Shown: in pieces, positions 26,317-32,000 of the stretch
Layout of the letters: every line of letters begins with the position of its first letter
Position numbering within the stretch: position 1 is the first letter of the stretch
DNA from: Zymomonas mobilis subsp. mobilis ATCC 10988
GTDB lineage: Bacteria; Pseudomonadota; Alphaproteobacteria; Sphingomonadales; Sphingomonadaceae
DNA length: 32,000 bases
Direction of reading: 5' to 3'
Assembly: GCF_000175255.2 (NCBI RefSeq)
Contig: NC_017262.1
Coordinates: 270,001 to 302,000 of the forward strand
Notes under the pieces: model-generated
Told to the model about the DNA's origin: nothing
Databases searched by the model: none
Seen by the model: the letters and a program-made list of their open reading frames with translations, nothing else
Made by a program: the position numbers and the translations under genes

Positions 26317-26850
26317 GTGACAACGCTTGTTCCCCTAAACCGGATAGATTCACAAAAAATAGAAGATTTACTCGATATCGGTTTCGGTAAAGATCGCCAT
26401 GGCCGAACGGCCTATCGGTTGCGACAAGGGGTAAGCGCGATTCCTGAACTTTCTTTTGCCGCGGTTGATGGCGATATTTTGCAGGGCATTATCCAATGCT
26501 GGCCTATTCGGCTTTCCTGTCTGAACGGTAAAAAGCTGCCGATGATTTTACTGGGACCCGTGGCGGTGCATCCTGATTATCAAGGTCATGGTATCGGACA
26601 GACTTTGGTGCAACATAGCCTTGATGTTGCCGATAGCAGTGACATAACAGGCCATGATGCGGTGATGTTGATTGGCGACCCCGAATATTATAACCGTTTC
26701 TTTGGCTTTTCTGACGAGGAAACGGGCGACTGGCGGTTGCCGGGTCCTGTTGAAAAACGGCGTTTACTTGCCCGTTTGACGTCTCCGCGCTTGCGAGATC
26801 GAGCTGGCATGGTTGAAGCCGATGCGCCGGCCCTCCAAAAGGAAGGCTGA
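26317..26850 (+). CDS. GNAT-family N-acetyltransferase
   Basis: 177 aa. The acetyl-CoA motif A is VAVHPDYQGHGIGQTLV. GTG start with GAGG upstream; the upstream ATG is followed by an immediate stop. Confidence 0.78.
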   Translation: MTTLVPLNRIDSQKIEDLLDIGFGKDRHGRTAYRLRQGVSAIPELSFAAVDGDILQGIIQCWPIRLSCLNGKKLPMILLGPVAVHPDYQGHGIGQTLVQHSLDVADSSDITGHDAVMLIGDPEYYNRFFGFSDEETGDWRLPGPVEKRRLLARLTSPRLRDRAGMVEADAPALQKEG

Positions 26851-26854
26851 TTTC

Positions 26855-28075
26855 ATGTCTGTTTTTTTGCCCGATCAAAAATGGCAGCATCAGGAAGGCT
26901 TAAGCGATTTAATCAAGGCGTTAGGGGGTGACAGCATGATCCGCTTTGTTGGCGGATCGGTGCGCGATACCTTATTAGGATTGCCGGTCAATGATATAGA
27001 CTGCGCAACCCGCCATCATCCTGAAAAAACGATGGAGCTTATCCGGTCAGCTGGTTTTAAAGCTATTCCAACCGGCATCCAACATGGCACAATCACGGCT
27101 CTCTTGCCGACGAAATCTCCGGTTGAAATTACCAGTCTTAGACGGGATGTTTCGACCGATGGCCGCCATGCAACGATTGCCTATAGCGATAACTGGGAAG
27201 ATGATGCCCAAAGACGTGATTTTACGATCAATGCGCTTTATGCCGAGGCTGAGAGCGGCTTGGTGCATGACTATTTCGGTGGATTAGCCGATCTTAAGGC
27301 ACATTCTGTCCGTTTTATTGGCAATCCCGAAACGCGCATCGCGGAAGATCATCTGCGTATTTTGCGCTTTTTCCGCTTTTTCGCGCGTTTTGGTCAGAAT
27401 AATCCCGACCCTGAGGCGCTGGCAGCCTGTATCAAACGCGCCAATGATTTGATGGCGTTATCTCGTGAAAGGATTGCCAGCGAAGTCTTGAAGATTTTGG
27501 CCTTACCGGATCCTTTAGCGGTTATCAGCCTAATGATAAAATCCGGTATCTTTAAGCCGATTTTACCTGAAATTACAGCGGACAGTATTCTGCCTTTGCA
27601 ACGCCTAGTTGAAAGAGAAAGGCTCTACCACATTTCAGGAAACGCTCTGCTCCGTCTCGCCGCTTTGCTGCCAGAGGGAGCAGAAATGGCGCGCTCTGTC
27701 GCACAACGCCTGCGTTTCTCAAAAGAGCAGAAAAAATATCTGATCGCCTTATTAACCGCAGAAGAGGAAAAACCACTTTCCTTGGCATGGGCGATCGGAA
27801 AAGAGGAAGCTATTGCGCGTTTTTTGCTGTCTGATCGCGACGAAGCGACAGTCAATTCGGCGATAGCGCTTCTCAAAAACTGGGAACGCCCTGTTTTCCC
27901 GCTCAAAGGCGGCGATTTAATTGCCAAAGGCTTACCCGCAGGGCCTTTGGTCGCCACTATTCTGCAGAATATACAAAAAGCATGGGTCGAAGCCGCCTTT
28001 CCTAATAGCGACTGGGTGCAGGAAAAAGCGACCATTGCTATAGCGGAGACAATGGCTACCAAAGCAGAGCGTTAA
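26855..28075 (+). CDS. cca: CCA tRNA nucleotidyltransferase (class II poly(A) polymerase/CCA-adding family)
   Basis: The GGSVRDTLLGLPVNDIDCAT catalytic motif, plus RRDFTINALY and LRILRFFRF. The preferred start is ATG 26855 (MSVFLPDQKW), with AAGGAAGG upstream, rather than the track start 26813 inside the GNAT gene. Confidence 0.9.
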   Translation: MSVFLPDQKWQHQEGLSDLIKALGGDSMIRFVGGSVRDTLLGLPVNDIDCATRHHPEKTMELIRSAGFKAIPTGIQHGTITALLPTKSPVEITSLRRDVSTDGRHATIAYSDNWEDDAQRRDFTINALYAEAESGLVHDYFGGLADLKAHSVRFIGNPETRIAEDHLRILRFFRFFARFGQNNPDPEALAACIKRANDLMALSRERIASEVLKILALPDPLAVISLMIKSGIFKPILPEITADSILPLQRLVERERLYHISGNALLRLAALLPEGAEMARSVAQRLRFSKEQKKYLIALLTAEEEKPLSLAWAIGKEEAIARFLLSDRDEATVNSAIALLKNWERPVFPLKGGDLIAKGLPAGPLVATILQNIQKAWVEAAFPNSDWVQEKATIAIAETMATKAER

Positions 28076-29811
28076 TTCCTGTTGGATGCCATATAGAAGG
28101 CAATCGCTTCATCAACAGGTAACGGACGGGAAAAGTAAAAGCCTTGGGCATAATCACAGCCCAAATCCATAATAATCTTCTTCTGTTCTGGTGTTTCGAT
28201 GCCTTCGACAATCGTTTTAATCGACAATGTCGAAGCCATGCTGGTGATAGCGCGAGTAATCGCAATCGCCGTTTTGTCTTCAGCCAGATTGGTCACAAAG
28301 CTACGATCTATTTTTAGATGATCGATAGGGAAAGTTTTCAGATAAGAAAGCGATGAATATCCGGTTCCGAAATCATCCATCGAAATTTTAATACCCAATT
28401 CATGCATGGTATTAATGACGCTGATACTTTGCTCAGGATAACGCATCAAAGCGCTTTCCGTTAATTCCAAGGTCAACCTTTCCCCGTTGATCCCCGTCTG
28501 CTTTTTAATATCGGTAATAAGCTGCGTCAGGTTATCACGCATTAACTGCAAGGCTGAAACATTGACAGAAACTCTTATCGGCAATGTATATCCGGCTTGT
28601 TTGTCCCATTGCTGCTGGGTATGCACCGAACTTTCCAAAGCCCAGCGTCCCAAAGGCACAATAAGACCCGATTCTTCGGCAACCGGAATAAATTCTGCCG
28701 GAGAAACAGGACCTAATGTCTCATGATTCCAGCGAGCTAAAGCTTCGAAACCAACAATCTTCTTATTATAGGGTGACAATATCGGCTGATAGACAAGGTG
28801 GAGATCGCCATTATCAATGGCGCGTCGAAGGTCGGTTTCAAGGCTAAATCTCTTTTGTAAGACGCTGGCTTCCCCGACATTATAAACTTCGACATGATCG
28901 GTTTCTTTCGCTCTTTTTAAAGCGATTTGGGCGTCCCTCAACAAATCTTCGGATACTTCGATCCGGTCATCCATCAACGAAAAGCCGATAGCGCAATTAA
29001 CCTTCACCTTTAGATTGGCGAGATTAAAAGGCGTGGACATCAAAGCCTTGATACGGCGCGCCGCATGCCAAACGTCAGAAGTGCCATGATGAAGCGACAG
29101 CAGGATACCAAATTGGTCGCCGCCAATGCGTCCTAATCTATCCCCCGGCCTTAAAACTGAAGTCAGACGCCGAGCAACGGAAACCAATAATTCGTCACCA
29201 ACGACTGACCCCATGCTTTCGTTAATCCGGCTAAAACGGATAAGGTCGATTGCAATAACAGCTACCGAAGCGGTGCCTTTTTCCAGAAGGATGACATCAT
29301 CTAACAGGCGTGAAAAACCGATACGGTTCGGTAAACCCGTCAAACTGTCACGCAGGATTTTCATCCGCATGGTCGATTGCAATTCGACAGCTTGGGTATT
29401 GTCAACCGGAACCATTAAATAACAGGTCATGCCCTGAATTTGGCAGCCCATCATCGTAACGATTATTTTATAACAGCGCTTTTTCTGTCCTCCCGGCGGC
29501 ATCCAATCAAATTGATACGGCTTATCTTGCGATAACGGCATGTATTTAAGAGCGGCCACCAGTTCAGGATGCAATTTTACAGTCGTATCCCCTTCCCATG
29601 GGGATAAATTGGCTGTTTTAGGTTCGCTGGCAATATCTATAAAATTTTGATTACAAAATAAAACAACCGGTTTTTTATTATTAAAGGTAATAAGCGCGGC
29701 CGGAAAAGGCATCGCATTAAAATAGCTTTGTTGTAAATTTTCTGAAGCTTCATCAAAAGGCCGACCACTGTCACTCATTACACCGGTCGTTTTTAATATA
29801 GGATCTGGCAT
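28072..29811 (-). CDS. c-di-GMP signalling protein: PAS-like N-terminus, degenerate GGDEF domain (GGDQF) with intact RxxD I-site, complete EAL phosphodiesterase domain
   Basis: 579 aa. RPGD-RLGRI-GGDQF lies at aa 221-234 (nt 29110..29151). The EAL-domain residues are present: EALAR, NVS, ELTES, DDFGTGYSSLSYL, KIDRSF, EGIET and QGFYF. Confidence 0.92.
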   Translation of the reverse strand: MPDPILKTTGVMSDSGRPFDEASENLQQSYFNAMPFPAALITFNNKKPVVLFCNQNFIDIASEPKTANLSPWEGDTTVKLHPELVAALKYMPLSQDKPYQFDWMPPGGQKKRCYKIIVTMMGCQIQGMTCYLMVPVDNTQAVELQSTMRMKILRDSLTGLPNRIGFSRLLDDVILLEKGTASVAVIAIDLIRFSRINESMGSVVGDELLVSVARRLTSVLRPGDRLGRIGGDQFGILLSLHHGTSDVWHAARRIKALMSTPFNLANLKVKVNCAIGFSLMDDRIEVSEDLLRDAQIALKRAKETDHVEVYNVGEASVLQKRFSLETDLRRAIDNGDLHLVYQPILSPYNKKIVGFEALARWNHETLGPVSPAEFIPVAEESGLIVPLGRWALESSVHTQQQWDKQAGYTLPIRVSVNVSALQLMRDNLTQLITDIKKQTGINGERLTLELTESALMRYPEQSISVINTMHELGIKISMDDFGTGYSSLSYLKTFPIDHLKIDRSFVTNLAEDKTAIAITRAITSMASTLSIKTIVEGIETPEQKKIIMDLGCDYAQGFYFSRPLPVDEAIAFYMASNRN

Positions 29812-30059
29812 AATTGATTTTCCAGCGGCCTCTACTTTATCTGTTAAGCAATAATAATAAATAAAAAATCAAGACAACAAATAAGGCCACGAAATTATCT
29901 CAATATTGTATCCATATTTATCATTTCGCCGCCTTATTTGTATAAGTGAAACTATGTCGAGACAAAGAAAAATAATATTATACTGTTATGTGAAAAACCT
30001 ATAACAAGGGTCATAACGGATAAAGATAAATTTTTAATTAAAAAACAAAGCCCTATCTA

Positions 30060-32000
30060 TCATGAAAAACGGTTATTTTTCGGGAAACCAACCGGCGGTA
30101 AACGCCCGCTAGCACCGCGGGCAACGACCCAAGTTTTCATATCGGTTTCGGTTCTTATTCGACCAGATTCGCCGCCCATTGGCCAACTCAATCCCTCTTC
30201 AAGGGTAAAAGTCGTAGCATCTGACAGATGTCCGCCCCGATAACGTTGTAATTGAACACCACTTCCCTTTGCCAATTCAGGAATCTGGGACAGTGGGAAA
30301 GCCAATAATTTTCGATTTTCGCCGATAAGGGCAATATGGTCATGATCTTCTTCGATGACTTTTAAAACCATCAAATATTCGTCTTTTTTAACCCTAACAA
30401 TTTGTTTTCCCTTACGAGTTTCTGCAACCAGATTGGTCATCTGGGTAATAAAACCACGACCGCTCGAAGAAACGACCAACAATTTTCCTTCGGGATTAAG
30501 CGGTAATAAGGCCATTATCTTGGTGTCATTACTGATGTCCAACATTAACCGCACAGGTTCACCAAAACCGCGCCCACCGGGTAATCGGTCGGCAAGCAAA
30601 GTATAAAATCGACCATCTTCTGTCGCGATCAACAAGCGATCGGTGGTATAAGCATGGCAGATGAAATCAGCTTCATCGCCTTCCTTAAAGCGCATGGCTT
30701 CGGTCGATTTCAGATCAACATGCCCCTTTAGCCCCCGAATCCAGCCGCGTTTTGACAACACAACGGTCATGGGTTCCCGTTCGATCATCGCATCTAACGG
30801 AATAGCTTTTGCAGGCGTTTGTTCTTCAATCAGCGTTTGGCGTGCGCCTAATTTACTTTTTAGGCTATAGCGCTTCCGCAAAGCGGACAAATCGGATTTC
30901 AGCTTTTTACTTTGCAAAGCATCGCTTTCAATCAAAGCTTGAAGTCCAGCTCGTTCTTCTTTTAAGCTATCACGCTCTGCGGTAATTTCAGCTTCTTCTA
31001 GGCGCTTTAACGCTCTAAGCCGCATATTCAGAATCGCTTCGGCCTGACGATCACTTAACTTAAATTCAGCGATCATTACCGATTTGGGATCGTCTTCATT
31101 TCTGATGATTTCGATCACCCGATCAAGATTGAGATAAGCAGCTAGATAGCCTTCCAGTAATTCAACTCGGTCATCAATACGCTGTAAACGATGGCGACAA
31201 CGCCGCTGTAACATCGCAAATTGATGCGCCAACCACTCTTTCAAAACCGTATGGAGTGGTAAAACCGCAGGCGTATGATGGCTATCCAGCACATTCATAT
31301 TAAGCGAAATACGCGTTTCAAGACTGGTCAGATGGAATAAACCATCCATCAAAAGCTGGGGATCAACTGTTCTGCTTTTGGGTTCTAGGACAATCCTGAT
31401 ATTTTCATCAGATTCGTCGCGTATATCGCTAAGAATAGGCAGCTTTTTCTCGTTTATCAAAGCCGCTATTTCTTCAATTAAACGCGATTTCGGTATCTGC
31501 CACGGTATTTCATGAATAACAATAATCCAGCCGCCGCGACCGATATCTTCGACCTCATAACGCGCTCTAACTCTGAAAGATCCCCGTCCTGTCTCATAGG
31601 CGTGGCGGATAGTATCGACAGAATCAACGATCTGGCCGCCGGTCGGAAAATCTGGGCCTTTGACAAAACGCAATAATTCTTTGGTTTCGGCTTCGGGATG
31701 GTCAATTAAATGACAGATAGCATCTATCAATTCAGCGACATTATGAGGCGGAATAGAGGTCGCCATACCGACGGCAATACCGCTCGAACCATTAGCTAAA
31801 AGATTAGGGAAAAGACCGGAAAAAAATTCTGGCTCTTCTTCTTCGCTATTATAGGTAGGTCGAAAATCAACCGCGCCCTCTTCCATGCCTTCCATCAGGT
31901 CATAAGCGGCTGTGGTCAGGCGGGCTTCGGTATAACGCATAGCGGCGGCATTATCGCCGTCAATATTACCAAAATTACCCTGCCCATCGACCAAGGGATA
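30060..32000 (-). CDS. parC: DNA topoisomerase IV subunit A, C-terminal ~646 aa; the 5' end lies beyond the right edge
   Basis: YPLVDGQGNFGNIDGDNAAAMRYTEARL and GIAVGMATSIPPHN are type IIA A-subunit motifs. The beta-pinwheel C-terminal domain has no GyrA box (QRRGGKG), and EPMTVVLSKRGWIR is ParC-like. The frame is open to base 32000; the track's M at 31994 is an internal TTG. Confidence 0.92.
   Translation of the reverse strand, partial: YPLVDGQGNFGNIDGDNAAAMRYTEARLTTAAYDLMEGMEEGAVDFRPTYNSEEEEPEFFSGLFPNLLANGSSGIAVGMATSIPPHNVAELIDAICHLIDHPEAETKELLRFVKGPDFPTGGQIVDSVDTIRHAYETGRGSFRVRARYEVEDIGRGGWIIVIHEIPWQIPKSRLIEEIAALINEKKLPILSDIRDESDENIRIVLEPKSRTVDPQLLMDGLFHLTSLETRISLNMNVLDSHHTPAVLPLHTVLKEWLAHQFAMLQRRCRHRLQRIDDRVELLEGYLAAYLNLDRVIEIIRNEDDPKSVMIAEFKLSDRQAEAILNMRLRALKRLEEAEITAERDSLKEERAGLQALIESDALQSKKLKSDLSALRKRYSLKSKLGARQTLIEEQTPAKAIPLDAMIEREPMTVVLSKRGWIRGLKGHVDLKSTEAMRFKEGDEADFICHAYTTDRLLIATEDGRFYTLLADRLPGGRGFGEPVRLMLDISNDTKIMALLPLNPEGKLLVVSSSGRGFITQMTNLVAETRKGKQIVRVKKDEYLMVLKVIEEDHDHIALIGENRKLLAFPLSQIPELAKGSGVQLQRYRGGHLSDATTFTLEEGLSWPMGGESGRIRTETDMKTWVVARGASGRLPPVGFPKNNRFS

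Noticed and set aside
29969-29996. dif-like XerD half-site TTATGTGAAAA upstream of the GGDEF-EAL gene
   Set aside because: Only the XerD arm resembles TTATGTTAAAT. The expected XerC arm (…CGCATAA) and the 6-nt central spacing are absent, and the region is AT-rich, so a chance match is likely.
29953-30003. 16-codon mini-ORF (MSRQRKIILYCYVKNL) in the AT-rich spacer between parC and the GGDEF-EAL gene
   Set aside because: It has no ribosome-binding site, is very short, and is in the wrong orientation to be a leader peptide for the GGDEF-EAL gene. There is no supporting evidence.
1-32000. Search by eye for CRISPR repeats, tRNA or tmRNA genes, IS elements/transposases, integrases, phage genes, toxin-antitoxin pairs or defence systems
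   Set aside because: None found. Every long ORF has a housekeeping or envelope-function assignment, and no terminal inverted repeats or direct-repeat arrays were seen. This cannot exclude very small or highly diverged elements.

Overview
This window looks like ordinary chromosomal core genome from an alphaproteobacterium. I found no tRNA, rRNA, CRISPR array, transposase, integrase or recognisable defence gene. Gene content and order match my memory of the Zymomonas mobilis chromosome around ZMO1054-ZMO1086, but that attribution is unverified.

Reading left to right:
- A partial rlpA that is missing from the ORF track, then an MltB-family lytic transglycosylase.
- A complete cellulose-synthase cluster on the minus strand, bcsR-bcsQ-bcsA-bcsB-bcsC-bcsZ. 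There is no bcsD and no bcsEFG.
- An intrinsic terminator, then the conserved ffh-rpsP-rimM-trmD-rplS operon.
- Divergent dapF-mtaB-ftsY, followed by the RNase P RNA gene.
- An alphaproteobacterial J-domain protein, and sufE with a small exported partner.
- A phage-shock locus: pspF divergent from a sigma-54 promoter that drives a TonB_C-like gene, pspA, pspB, pspC and a PspB-like gene.
- sodB, folB-like, a GNAT acetyltransferase, cca, a GGDEF-EAL c-di-GMP protein, and the 3' part of parC.

I see no clearly novel multi-gene system. The most interesting points are:
- the atypical psp operon, with a secreted TonB_C-like first cistron and a second PspB-like gene;
- the out-of-frame bcsQ/bcsA overlap, where a single-base deletion would fuse the two genes;
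- a roughly 250-aa disordered insert in BcsC;
- the degenerate-GGDEF/intact-EAL protein that probably feeds the BcsA PilZ domain;
- a motif-dense intergenic region of about 0.4 kb with a perfect DnaA box.

The track uses alternative start codons and the longest ORF, so several starts were refined by hand.
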